64,000 nt of DNA, from NCBI GenBank assembly GCA_030698395.1, contig JAUYKW010000001.1, positions 93,735 to 157,734 of the forward strand. Reading direction: 5' to 3'. Below are positions 40,345 through 49,907 of this stretch, piece after piece. The notes under the pieces were generated by a model. It made no database searches, was not told the origin of the DNA, and saw nothing but the letters and a program-made list of their open reading frames with translations. The position numbers and the translations under genes are program-made. Positions within the stretch are counted from its first letter, which is position 1. Each line of letters begins with the position of its first letter. This DNA comes from a bacterium. GTDB lineage: Bacteria > Patescibacteriota > Patescibacteriia > UBA9570.

Positions 40345-42900
40345 TTAACTTAATTTTTTTGTTTGAGTAGTTTGCGAAGTTACTGGCAATGCAAAGTAAA
40401 ATGTTGCCCCCTCGCCCTCTTTTCCTTCTGCCCACACTCTGCCACTGTGCCTTTCTATAATTCGCTTAACCGTAACAAGTCCAATGCCCGTGCCTTCAAA
40501 TTCTTCTTGATTGTAAAGACGATGGAAAGCGGTAAATAGTTTATCGATATACTTCATATCAAAGCCGACTCCATTATCTTTTACAGCATAGATTATCTCA
40601 CCTTTTTCAGTCATGAATGTAACATCAATCACTGCCTCTTTTTTATTCTTGGTATATTTGATTGCGTTACTGATCAAGTTTGTCCAGACCTGCGTCATGA
40701 GTGCCGAGTCTACACGGGTTCGAGGAAGCTCCGCGATATTCAATATTATGTTTCGAGAAGGATTAGCACTTTTCAGCTCCTCAAAAATAGTTTTCACCAT
40801 TGCCGTCATTTCGACATCATTCATAGTCATCTCTCCAATGCCCGCTTTAGAAAAGGCCAGTAGATCATCAATAAGCTTGCCCATCAGTTGAGTACTCTGT
40901 CTAATAGAAGAGAGCATCATTTTCCCTTCTTCATCAAGTTTAGGAGCATAATCTTCAACTAACATCTCAGAAAAACCATTGATGGCGACCAGAGGCGCCC
41001 GTAAATCGTGAGATACGGCAGAGCTAAATAGCTCCAGTTCCTTATTGACTGATAATGTTTCTTCTTTGGCTTTTTTTGCCACGGTATAATCACGTGCAAT
41101 AGCAGTAACTCCTAGGACATTACCCTTTTCATCTTTGTACACAGATGCATTGAAAAGCACGTCAGTTAACTGACCTTCTTTTGATTTTATAGTAAGTGAA
41201 TAATCAGTAATAAAGCCATGCTCAAACGATTGTTTATATGCCTCATGTGCTTTTTGAGGATCCGTAAAATAATTGGAAAAATCGCTACCAACGAGAACTT
41301 CTCGAGTAACCCCAGTAACTTTTATAGCAGCCTTGTTCACATCAGTGATCTTCCCTTCAGGGCTAATGGTAATTAACGGGTCCTGACTGACTTCAATCAG
41401 AGATCTGGCGTAGTACAATAGCTTCTTCGTTTCGGTCACGTCACGCGCTACGGCGAAGATGCCACGAACCAACCCTTCAGCATCTTTATATACAGATGCA
41501 TTAAACGAAACATCGGTGATTTTTCCCGATGCATTATGAATAGAAAGCGGAAAATCTCTCACCTCACCCTCTTTAAGAACTTGCCGGTAACCTGCTTGAG
41601 CCTTATGGGGCTCTGTAAAATAAGCGGAAAAATCAGTGCCAATAATCCACTCCCGAGCCACGCCCGTTACCTGTATCATTGCTTCGTTAACGTCAGTAAT
41701 TTTCCCCTCAGGACTAATGGTAATAAACGGATCAACCGATGCTTCAATTAATGAACGAGCGTATGCCGAAGTCTCGTGTAATTGTTCTTCTGCTTCCTTA
41801 CGCAAAGTAACATCACGTGCAGCGGCAAATGCCCCCAACACGTTCCCAAGTCTGTCTTTATACACAGTGGCATTGTATAACACATCAACGTCGCCCAAAG
41901 GATTTTTAATCGTCAACGGATAGTCCCGAACTACCCCCTCTTTAAAAACCTGCTGATACCCCAAACGCGCTTCTTCTGGGTCGGTAAAATAATCGAAGAA
42001 ATCACTACCAATGATCTTTTTACGACTAACACCAGTAACTTTTACCGTCGCTTCATTAACGTCCATAACCTTTCCTTCCGTGCTAATTGTAATAAGCGGG
42101 TCTAAGGACGCTTCAATCAGAGAGCGAGCGTACTCAGAAGCTTGTTTTTGAGCGGTAATATCGCGGGCAGCCGCAAATACTCCAAACACATTTCCTTTTT
42201 CGTCTTTATAAATGGAGGCATTATATAAAACATCAGTGATTTTTCCCGAAACGTGACGAATGGAAAGAGGATAATCTTTGACCTTTCCTTCAGAGAGCAC
42301 CTGTTTATATACCTTACGCGCTTTTTCTGGTTTAACAAAATAATCAGAAAAATCGGTACCAATTAGTTTCTCGCGAACTACTCCCGTTACCTGTATGGTC
42401 GCTTCATTGACGTCCATGATTTTTCCTTCAGCGCTGATGGTAACGAGCGGATCAACCGATGCCTCAATAAGAGAACGTAAATATCCGGCTACACGTTTTT
42501 CCTTTGAAATATCACGGTTAATTTCAGAAGAGCCTATCACCTCTGCAACCGCATCTTTGATTGGGGAAATACTCAAAGAAACATCAATAATAGTACCATC
42601 CTTTTTTTTTCTTTGGGTTTCATAATGCTCAATATGCAACCCATTTTTAATTTTTAAACGAATATCTGCGTGTTCCTGTAGAAGTTCCTGAGGGTATAAT
42701 ACAATTATAGGCTGCCCGATAATTTCTTTCTCAGTATAGCCAAACATCTTTTCAGCTCCTTTATTCCAACTCTTGACTATTCCCTCCAACGTCACACCTA
42801 AAATCGCGTCATCAGAAGATTGGACAATGGCCGCTAAAAAGGAAGTGTCCATCTTATCGGTTATTGCCTTTTTAGGAATTTTTTTTGGTGTTATTACCAT
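40345..42900 (-). CDS. Cytoplasmic multi-PAS (five or more) sensor histidine kinase
   Basis: Repeated PAS modules (YARSLIEAS.DPL.TIS.EGKI.DVNEA..VTGV.RE..IG..F). H-box SHDLRAPL. N and G boxes NLISNAIKYT, GTGIGLVTVKRI. Confidence 0.85.
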   Translation of the reverse strand: MVITPKKIPKKAITDKMDTSFLAAIVQSSDDAILGVTLEGIVKSWNKGAEKMFGYTEKEIIGQPIIVLYPQELLQEHADIRLKIKNGLHIEHYETQRKKKDGTIIDVSLSISPIKDAVAEVIGSSEINRDISKEKRVAGYLRSLIEASVDPLVTISAEGKIMDVNEATIQVTGVVREKLIGTDFSDYFVKPEKARKVYKQVLSEGKVKDYPLSIRHVSGKITDVLYNASIYKDEKGNVFGVFAAARDITAQKQASEYARSLIEASLDPLITISTEGKVMDVNEATVKVTGVSRKKIIGSDFFDYFTDPEEARLGYQQVFKEGVVRDYPLTIKNPLGDVDVLYNATVYKDRLGNVLGAFAAARDVTLRKEAEEQLHETSAYARSLIEASVDPFITISPEGKITDVNEAMIQVTGVAREWIIGTDFSAYFTEPHKAQAGYRQVLKEGEVRDFPLSIHNASGKITDVSFNASVYKDAEGLVRGIFAVARDVTETKKLLYYARSLIEVSQDPLITISPEGKITDVNKAAIKVTGVTREVLVGSDFSNYFTDPQKAHEAYKQSFEHGFITDYSLTIKSKEGQLTDVLFNASVYKDEKGNVLGVTAIARDYTVAKKAKEETLSVNKELELFSSAVSHDLRAPLVAINGFSEMLVEDYAPKLDEEGKMMLSSIRQSTQLMGKLIDDLLAFSKAGIGEMTMNDVEMTAMVKTIFEELKSANPSRNIILNIAELPRTRVDSALMTQVWTNLISNAIKYTKNKKEAVIDVTFMTEKGEIIYAVKDNGVGFDMKYIDKLFTAFHRLYNQEEFEGTGIGLVTVKRIIERHSGRVWAEGKEGEGATFYFALPVTSQTTQTKKLS

Positions 42901-43019
42901 AAGATTAAATACATATACTATTATTATAACAAACTTTTAAAACTTAATACATTGGGATAAAACTAACACTCCTACCAAGAAATCAAAGAAAAAACCCGTA
43001 CGAATTCTTCCCTTAATTC

Positions 43020-43130
43020 CAAATAAAAAAATCAACGCTTGATAGAAATAATGTCCTCTTCTGCCCCACATGCTACAACAGTAACATTGCCATTTCTTGA
43101 TACACTCAATGTATATCCAGTTGCTCCAAC
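43020..43130. repeat. Dispersed repeat partner of 39745..39850, covering the pilin 3' end and its downstream flank
   Basis: Plus-strand ORFs 39777..39983 and 43039..43221 share ATVTLPFLDTLNVYPV only because they are antisense to this repeat. Confidence 0.6.
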
Positions 43131-43526
43131 TGCGGGGCTATATAAACCAGAACCATCTGGATCAAATGGCATTGTAACTAAAAAGCCTTCTGATATTAAA
43201 GCGGAAAAATCTGTACAGTAATCAACGTTACAACTATTAATTATACAATCAGGGCTAGTTTGAGTTGCAATCATGTGAACATCCCCATTTGCTTGTACTC
43301 CAGGAATATATGCGCCTTCATGCTTTTCTGAATAATCAAAGAAAGCATTTAGCAAGGCATATGCATCTTCTCGCCTTGTTTCATCCTGAGCTAAATCTAT
43401 TTTTTGCTCCGGATTAATTGCAATAAATGCCACGGCCCCTAACAGTACTAACACTCCAACTACCAGAAAAATTTCTATACTCGTATAACCATTTTTAAAA
43501 CCAAAAGATTTTATTTTATAACCCAT
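43032..43526 (-). CDS. Type IV pilin-like protein (prepilin-type N-terminus)
   Basis: N-terminal KNGYTSIEIFLVVGVLVLLGAVAFIAI, a class-III signal-like G/YTSIE plus hydrophobic helix. C-terminal Cys-containing region. Confidence 0.7.
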   Translation of the reverse strand: MGYKIKSFGFKNGYTSIEIFLVVGVLVLLGAVAFIAINPEQKIDLAQDETRREDAYALLNAFFDYSEKHEGAYIPGVQANGDVHMIATQTSPDCIINSCNVDYCTDFSALISEGFLVTMPFDPDGSGLYSPAVGATGYTLSVSRNGNVTVVACGAEEDIISIKR

Positions 43527-43532
43527 AAGGTT

Positions 43533-43934
43533 TTATGACTTAGCAACTTTTTCCAACATCTCAGTAACACTAGCCATCACTTTATGCATTGAAAAATTAC
43601 TTTTAACAATATATTGATCTGCTCCTAATTCTTTTGCTCTTTCAATATCATTATCTTGCCCTAAATTCGAAAGAATTAAAACTGGAATATTTTTCAATTT
43701 ATCATCATTCTTTAATTCTTCTAATACTTCAAAGCCATTCATCTTTGGTAAAATCATATCTAATAAAATAAGATCTGGCTGATCATCTTTAATTTTTTGC
43801 AAGGCTTCTACTCCGTTACTTGCCACGATTATTTTTTTGAATCCTTCATCATTTAATCTCTCTGCCAGAATTTTTGATAAAAAAGATTCATCTTCAACAA
43901 CAATGATAGAATAGTCTTGTGGTTTTATATTCAT
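43533..43934 (-). CDS. Stand-alone response-regulator receiver protein
   Basis: IIVVEDESFLSKIL...DLILLDMILPKMNG...VLILSNLG. Confidence 0.8.
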   Translation of the reverse strand: MNIKPQDYSIIVVEDESFLSKILAERLNDEGFKKIIVASNGVEALQKIKDDQPDLILLDMILPKMNGFEVLEELKNDDKLKNIPVLILSNLGQDNDIERAKELGADQYIVKSNFSMHKVMASVTEMLEKVAKS

Positions 43935-45083
43935 CTATGCTTTTTTATTATTAAATGGTAATGAAAAGTAAATTGTTGTTCCTTCATCTTTTACAGATTC
44001 AATCCTAACATCTCCATTATGCAACAAAATTATCTGTCGGGCAATATAAAGGCCTAAACCAGAGCCCTCGGTTTGTGATTCTATTGCATTATCCGACCGA
44101 AAGAACTTCTCAAAAATATGGGCAATATCTTTACTAGGAATACCAATTCCTTCATCTTTAACCCAATATTCAATAGCGTCAGCGTTCTGCTCAGCACCAA
44201 TTGTTATTGTATGATGACCCGATTTAGTATATTTAATAGCATTGCTTAAGAAATTTATAATAACCTCTCTTATCTTGCCCTTATCAGCATAAACCAACGG
44301 GATGTCCTTGGATATTGTATTATGTAATTCTATATTATGTGCTTTCGCAAAATGAACCATCTCCTTAATTGCTTCATCAAATAGCACTCTAAGATTTAGC
44401 TCTTCCGGATGAACATCAATCCGTCCCGACTCTAATCTGGACACATTTAATAAATCGTTTATTAAATCTATCATGCGTTCATTACTTTGATATGATTGTT
44501 GCAACTTTGATATCTGCCAGGCATTCAATTCTTTGCCATGTCTATTATCCAACAAAGCCTCAATATACCACTTCACTGTGGACGCAGGTGTCCGAAGTTG
44601 GTGCGACACAATAGATACAAACTCAGATTTTAATCGCATTAACTCTTTTTCTTGACTAATATCCCGAAAGATAACTGTCATTCCTGCAATAGTACCATCT
44701 GCTAAATGCATGGGTGCAGCGCTGTAGCTAATAGAAAAAACTTTACCATCATGTAATTCTACAGAATAATCAGAAACTTGATTATGAGTGCTACCTTGCT
44801 CGGCAACATCTTCTAATGGCCAGGAAACAATATCACCATCCTGATTTACTAATTTCATCAACTCATCAATTTTTTTATCATTATAACTATGCGCGATACT
44901 TCTAGTTATCGTCTCTGCAGCATTATTCATGTAATGAATATCCAGTTCTTTATCTAAAATAATCACACCCTCCATGATGCTATCTAGAATAGCCTTAGAA
45001 AGAGTTTGATTTAATATAGTATCTATCTCGGATATCAGAGCATCCGGATTATTTTCCTTTTTGTTCTTACTAGCAGTGCTCAT
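43935..45083 (-). CDS. Cytoplasmic PAS sensor histidine kinase
   Basis: PAS region. H-box SHQLRTPAS. HATPase NFLSNAIKYT...GSGLGLYIARQI. Confidence 0.85.
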   Translation of the reverse strand: MSTASKNKKENNPDALISEIDTILNQTLSKAILDSIMEGVIILDKELDIHYMNNAAETITRSIAHSYNDKKIDELMKLVNQDGDIVSWPLEDVAEQGSTHNQVSDYSVELHDGKVFSISYSAAPMHLADGTIAGMTVIFRDISQEKELMRLKSEFVSIVSHQLRTPASTVKWYIEALLDNRHGKELNAWQISKLQQSYQSNERMIDLINDLLNVSRLESGRIDVHPEELNLRVLFDEAIKEMVHFAKAHNIELHNTISKDIPLVYADKGKIREVIINFLSNAIKYTKSGHHTITIGAEQNADAIEYWVKDEGIGIPSKDIAHIFEKFFRSDNAIESQTEGSGLGLYIARQIILLHNGDVRIESVKDEGTTIYFSLPFNNKKA

Positions 45084-45169
45084 AATTTCGTTGATTATAT
45101 CAGAAAATATGCAAAAACTCTACTAAAAAAAGACCCAGTAACAATATTGCTTGCCAGCCAAATTTCTAA

Positions 45170-45679
45170 CTATAATTGAACTTGTAAAGACTTCTTATAC
45201 TGCTGTAAAGCTTTTATTTGACGTTGATTTAAGTGTATCTCTGGCCTGCGTCCTTTTATCAATGCAACTGCCTCATCAATGCCCATTCCCTGAGCAATAA
45301 AATAGGCTACTAACATTGTAGGACTCCTTCCATGCCCAAATTTACAATGGATATAAACCTTATTTTTATTTAGCACAACTCTTTCAATAAATTTCACTCC
45401 CACCCGCAATTGTTTCAAACTAGGAGGAAACTTATCTGTAACAGGAAGTAATAAATAATATACTAAATCCTTTGGATGTTCATGTTGTTCCTTTTCTAAA
45501 CTCAGGTCTGCTACAAGCCCAATTTTATTTAACTTACTATAATGCATAGTACAACACATATTTGTTCCTAAAAAAATATCTGGGGTAATCTGATTGTACT
45601 CCATCTTTACATGATTCTTTTTCATATTTTCACTGTTTCCATTTAATTGAACAACCCATTGATGATTTTTGATTTTCAT
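45170..45679 (-). CDS. Dual-specificity or tyrosine protein phosphatase (CX5R). The start may be the internal MKKNH, which would remove the 50-nt overlap with the upstream gene.
   Basis: Active-site loop HCKFGHGRS, i.e. HCxxGxxRS/T. Confidence 0.7.
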   Translation of the reverse strand: MKIKNHQWVVQLNGNSENMKKNHVKMEYNQITPDIFLGTNMCCTMHYSKLNKIGLVADLSLEKEQHEHPKDLVYYLLLPVTDKFPPSLKQLRVGVKFIERVVLNKNKVYIHCKFGHGRSPTMLVAYFIAQGMGIDEAVALIKGRRPEIHLNQRQIKALQQYKKSLQVQL

Positions 45680-46202
45680 TCGGCACTTCTCCTTTTAACA
45701 ACACATCCAATGCATCTTGTAATTCATGAGTTTCTGCCACATCATCTTTGGTACGAACATTATTCACTCTCCCATGATATCTTAATCTTCTAGCTGAATC
45801 AAAAACATAAATATCTGGAGTACACTGAGCTTGATATGCTTTAGCAACTTCCTGTGATTCATCATATAAATATGGAAAAGGATATTCCATGTCCGTTGCT
45901 CTCTTCTGCATAGCTACAAATGAATCATCTACGTATGTAGTAGCATCGTTCGAGTTGATAGCTACAAATGCTACGTCTGCAACTGAATACTTATGCGCTA
46001 ACTCCAGCAAGTATGGCTCTGTTGCCTGCGCATACGGACAATGATTGCAGGTAAAAACAACTACAAGATTTTTCGATTCTTTGAATGATTCCACTGAATG
46101 TACGACACCATCAACTCCAGGTAAAGAAAATGGGATGATATCTGATCCTAATGGTAAATTCAACGATGATAATAGTGTCATGCCTGTATTATAGCACAAC
46201 AC
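45630..46202 (-). CDS. Thioredoxin-fold redoxin (AhpC/TSA or TlpA-like) with a CxxC site
   Basis: VVFTCNHCPYAQ CxxC in a thioredoxin-fold context. Confidence 0.65.
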   Translation of the reverse strand: MLCYNTGMTLLSSLNLPLGSDIIPFSLPGVDGVVHSVESFKESKNLVVVFTCNHCPYAQATEPYLLELAHKYSVADVAFVAINSNDATTYVDDSFVAMQKRATDMEYPFPYLYDESQEVAKAYQAQCTPDIYVFDSARRLRYHGRVNNVRTKDDVAETHELQDALDVLLKGEVPNENQKSSMGCSIKWKQ

Positions 46203-46216
46203 CTTTGCTATTACTG

Positions 46217-47800
46217 TTATTTCTTGATAGGTAATGGCTCCTTTAATAACGCAGGAACAGCATAAACAGTATTCATAACTTCAACACTTTGATTGCCATC
46301 CTGATCATACTTAAATGCCCCAGTTTTTCTTTGGACAGCCTTTAAAAAATTATAACCGTGCCGTTTATTTCTAGAATATTTACCAGGTTTTTTACCAACA
46401 CTTTTTATTGCCTGTAAAGCAACTGCAGTAGTTGATGAATTTGATACAACTTTTTGCGTAGACGACCTCTGATATGACCATCCTCCATCTAAATTTTGTT
46501 GTTTCTTTATAAATTGTAATGTTATTCTACGAACATTCTTGGATCGCACACCAGTAACATCGTCCTGCCCTCTCACTGCACCTAGTAACTGTAAATAATA
46601 AGCTGTCGTGTCTACATCACTTTCTTCAGCGTTTACAGAAAAAGAAACTCCACCATCATCATTGATACTTTTATTTGTATACGTTAAAGCCTGCGCTAGC
46701 GCCTCTGAATTAAAAGGTTCATCAGCTGCTAACAATGCTAGCCCAGCAAATATATCATCATTCACATATAACTTAGAACCAAATTGGTTTGCTGTTCTTG
46801 TTCTCTTTAAACGTTTTACAAAATCAATTCCATTTACGTCACGTGAATCTTGACCAAGTGCTTCAAGTGCTAAAATGTGTCTGGCCAGCTCCAAGGCTCC
46901 AGATGAAACTGTTGGCTCATACTTTAATACCGCTTGTTCTATATCACCATTTGTTTGATCCGCAGACGCTAAAGCTATTGCAGTCCATTCTGTTGTAGAT
47001 TGTGATCCTGACACCATTCCATTTTCATCCAGCTGACTCAATAAATAATCTATTCCAGAATTTGCCATGGTTTCCTTATCGGACTTTGCTAATTTTTTTA
47101 ATGTAGAATTCTTTTTCATCGTCCGAATCGTCGCAGTATTAGAACGTGTGTACCCACTATTAATTGCATACACATCAATATCTCCACCAGATGATGTTGG
47201 TGTATATTCCGCATAACCATCTGCATTAGTTGTTACAACCTCATTGCCAAACATTACTGACATTCCTTCAGCTGGCTCAAAAGCTCCACTAACATCACTA
47301 TATTCCTTTACTCGTGCAGAAATTGATTGGCCAGGTGTTATTTGCTTCTTGCGTACACGTAATTTTAAAGGTGTATTTGGCCATGAACCAAAAGTTAGTA
47401 AAATCTCATCGCCATCAGTTACTTGATAATCTGCCAATCCAACAGCTGCAGATTCAAAATTCACATAAAACAACCAAAAATTTGAATCAGATTCATATGT
47501 ATCAATCTGATTCAAATACAAACCAAATGAACTATCTTTCATAACGTAATCAAAACCTCCGTCCATAGCTGCAGCATCGAGCATGCATACTGCAGTAGCA
47601 CTATCAATAACGTGCTCTGCACCATCACTATCAGTTATCGTACAACCATTTGAATAAACGGAACTATTGTAAAACGTACCATCTGGAGTTTCAATACGAA
47701 CATTAGCACCAACATACTCTGCTGCAACTGCGGTTTGTGCAATGCCTGCAAAAAATATTACCGTACAACTGATTGATAAATACTTAAGAAAATTTTTCAT
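46217..47800 (-). CDS. Secreted protein with an N-terminal DUF4430-like (transcobalamin beta-domain-like) module followed by prenyltransferase/alpha-alpha-toroid-like repeats
   Basis: Signal peptide MKNFLKYLSISCTVIFFAGIAQTAVAA. FWLFYVNFESAAVGLADYQVTDGDEILLTFG matches the DUF4430 signature. Toroid repeats DENGMVSGSQSTTEWTAIAL, NDDGGVSFS...TTAYYLQ, NLDGGWSYQ...TTAVALQAI. Confidence 0.6.
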   Translation of the reverse strand: MKNFLKYLSISCTVIFFAGIAQTAVAAEYVGANVRIETPDGTFYNSSVYSNGCTITDSDGAEHVIDSATAVCMLDAAAMDGGFDYVMKDSSFGLYLNQIDTYESDSNFWLFYVNFESAAVGLADYQVTDGDEILLTFGSWPNTPLKLRVRKKQITPGQSISARVKEYSDVSGAFEPAEGMSVMFGNEVVTTNADGYAEYTPTSSGGDIDVYAINSGYTRSNTATIRTMKKNSTLKKLAKSDKETMANSGIDYLLSQLDENGMVSGSQSTTEWTAIALASADQTNGDIEQAVLKYEPTVSSGALELARHILALEALGQDSRDVNGIDFVKRLKRTRTANQFGSKLYVNDDIFAGLALLAADEPFNSEALAQALTYTNKSINDDGGVSFSVNAEESDVDTTAYYLQLLGAVRGQDDVTGVRSKNVRRITLQFIKKQQNLDGGWSYQRSSTQKVVSNSSTTAVALQAIKSVGKKPGKYSRNKRHGYNFLKAVQRKTGAFKYDQDGNQSVEVMNTVYAVPALLKEPLPIKK

Positions 47801-47820
47801 ATCTATTATTACTTAATTTA

Positions 47821-48636
47821 TTATTTTTCAAACTTCCAACCAATAACATCGCCATCAAATACCTTTTGAGAAGAGATACCAGCAGAAGCTAGCGAATTAT
47901 TAATATAAAACTTCCAATAAATACCTGCTTTTTCATCGGAAGAAACACCACCAATCGATTCCACGAAATTTCCTAAACCAGGAAAATTTGTCGCGCTGTA
48001 TTTAAAGCCTTCTTTACGCGCTGTTAGCATTACATCTTCTGCAGTATCACCTGCTGTTACGTCCAATGCAAAATTATAGCTCACACCAGGACCACTTGCT
48101 GTAAGTTGTACAGTAATTGTCTCTACAAACTCTTCTTCTTGATCATTACTCTCACCAACATCTGTTTCGCTTGCCTCGTTAATAGGTTCTGTAATAATCT
48201 CTTCTATTACTACTATATCAGTATTGATTTCTGCATCTTGATCTATCTCTGCTGATAAATCTACTTGCGCCAACTCCTCTACAACACTTGTTTCCGAAAT
48301 AGATTCCTCTATATATTCACTTGCACTATCCAAATCCACAACTTCTTCAATAACTATCTCCTCGGCCCCAACTTCCAACTCCTGCTCAATTACTTCAGCT
48401 GATAATGGATCAGCTTCTACTTCGTAACTCTCACTATTATCCAATTTATTCAATCCTGAGGATTCCTGATGAGATAATGTAGGATCAGCCTGTTGCCACA
48501 ATAAAAAACTAGCAGTAACAACTATAGTTAAAACTATGAATATCTGAATTAATAATGTAATTTTTTTGTTCATAAAAAATCCTGCTTGAAGCAGGTTTTT
48601 GTAAGCAATTTGAATTGGAATAATCACAGATTGCAT
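47821..48636 (-). CDS. Membrane-anchored DUF4430 (transcobalamin/intrinsic-factor beta-domain-like) protein with a long acidic linker
   Basis: N-terminal TM segment. Acidic E/D-rich linker. C-terminal GIYWKFYINNSLASAGISSQKVFDGDVIGWKFE. Confidence 0.6.
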   Translation of the reverse strand: MQSVIIPIQIAYKNLLQAGFFMNKKITLLIQIFIVLTIVVTASFLLWQQADPTLSHQESSGLNKLDNSESYEVEADPLSAEVIEQELEVGAEEIVIEEVVDLDSASEYIEESISETSVVEELAQVDLSAEIDQDAEINTDIVVIEEIITEPINEASETDVGESNDQEEEFVETITVQLTASGPGVSYNFALDVTAGDTAEDVMLTARKEGFKYSATNFPGLGNFVESIGGVSSDEKAGIYWKFYINNSLASAGISSQKVFDGDVIGWKFEK

Positions 48637-48742
48637 ACATCAACTCCTGCTCGAGAGTAAAATAGATGTTAAATTCAGGTATTCTGGCTTCCTGTTCATT
48701 TTTTGTCAGAAAAATGTCCAAGTTACAGTTGCGGCACAGCCC

Positions 48743-48761
48743 CAGTTCTAATATTTAGAAC
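48743..48761. promoter_or_regulatory. Perfect 8-3-8 palindrome AGTTCTAA-TAT-TTAGAACT in the divergent promoter region. Candidate operator.
   Basis: Lies between the divergently transcribed DUF4430 operon and the GerMN-domain gene. Confidence 0.3.
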
Positions 48762-48894
48762 TAAGCTTATACATTATAAAATAATTATGCATAAGTCCGG
48801 ATTTCTCATCTTTTACGATGCATCACCGGATTCCCCTGAGTGTTTTTTAAAGATCCCTTTAATAGGTAACGATTATGTTAAGTGAAAAAATATA

Positions 48895-49815
48895 ATGTGT
48901 CAAGGAATGGATTATGATATTTTTAAAAATAGAGTTATACTTGATGATATGACTAATCAAACCCCAATCAATAAGGGTGCAACTGCACCTGCCAGAAAAA
49001 AATCTAGTATAGAACCAACCGCGACGCCCAACTCAAAGGCTTTGTACGTAACTTTAAGCATCATAATAGTAGGCCTAGTAGGTTTAATCGGCTGGTTTAT
49101 ATATTTACTCATTACAGCTGATTCCGAAGATGAAACAGCAGTAAAAAATACGAATACAGAAATCGTAACAACTACTAACACTAACGTTAACACCAACTAC
49201 AATTATAATACGAATACAAAAACAGTTGCAGATTTAGAACCATCATTAAATATTGATGATACGGAATTATTTGATCTTGATGAAAAGCTGGATAAAATTG
49301 AAGATACAGATATTATGGGCGCTGATGATCTTTCTGAACTAGACGATAAAATTAAAAAAGACGAACTTAAAGATGACGAAGAAAATGCGGATGATACAAA
49401 AACTAGTGAAGAAGGTGAAACAATCACGTTATACTTTCCAACATCAACCTCTGATTGTGGTGAAGTACAAGCAGTTGAACGCACTGTAGAGCTTGGGGAT
49501 GACCCATATGGGGAAACTATCCTAACTATGATGCATGGCCCAAATAGCGACGAATCGGACTACAGTGATGGAATTCCAGCATCAGTTGGATTACGCCAAG
49601 TTGAATACACTGCTGACGGCGCGTTAATCACTGTAAATGAGGGATATAATGATCTTGATAGTTGTACGCAACAAACAGTTAATGCTCAATTCATAGAAAC
49701 TGCAAATGCAATGTTCGATCTACCAGCAGGAACTAGTGGAACAGTTGAAGTAGGTACGGTGGAAGATGAAGAATCAGATGATTCAAAAGTTGAAGCGGTA
49801 GACGAAACAGAATAA
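48895..49815 (+). CDS. Membrane-anchored GerMN-domain protein
   Basis: TM anchor. Asn/Thr low-complexity linker. C-terminal TITLYFPTS...LTMMHGPN...GIPASVGLRQVEYTADGALITVNEG resembles GerMN. Confidence 0.55.
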   Translation: MCQGMDYDIFKNRVILDDMTNQTPINKGATAPARKKSSIEPTATPNSKALYVTLSIIIVGLVGLIGWFIYLLITADSEDETAVKNTNTEIVTTTNTNVNTNYNYNTNTKTVADLEPSLNIDDTELFDLDEKLDKIEDTDIMGADDLSELDDKIKKDELKDDEENADDTKTSEEGETITLYFPTSTSDCGEVQAVERTVELGDDPYGETILTMMHGPNSDESDYSDGIPASVGLRQVEYTADGALITVNEGYNDLDSCTQQTVNAQFIETANAMFDLPAGTSGTVEVGTVEDEESDDSKVEAVDETE

Positions 49816-49830
49816 ACATTTTAGCAAACA

Positions 49831-49893
49831 AAAAACACATGCCGTATGGTGTAGCGACGCGATAAATCGCGTCGCTACGTAGCATGTGTTTTT
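49831..49893. terminator. Bidirectional intrinsic terminator. A long compound hairpin flanked by an A-tract and a T-tract, between convergent genes.
   Basis: Outer stem ACACATG/CATGTGT. Inner 12-13-bp stem GTAGCGACGCGAT-AAA-TCGCGTCGCTAC. AAAAA upstream and TTTTT downstream. Confidence 0.7.
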
Positions 49894-49907
49894 ATATTAA
49901 GATTTTT

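Noticed and set aside
40345-42900. Internal DNA repeats, possibly a CRISPR-like periodic array
   Set aside because: The repeats are about 370 bp, imperfect, in-frame, and encode successive PAS domains of one histidine kinase. TSP3 repeat arrays elsewhere are likewise coding. No short, regular repeat-spacer structure is present.
48509-48721. 70-aa minus-strand ORF overlapping the start of the DUF4430 gene
   Set aside because: It overlaps the N-terminus and upstream region of 47821..48636. It shows no homology and likely covers the promoter region.
48637-48894. Cobalamin riboswitch upstream of the transcobalamin-like operon
   Set aside because: No B12-box-like motif (…AGYCMGGAAGRCCKGCC… / GCCACUG) was found on the transcribed strand.
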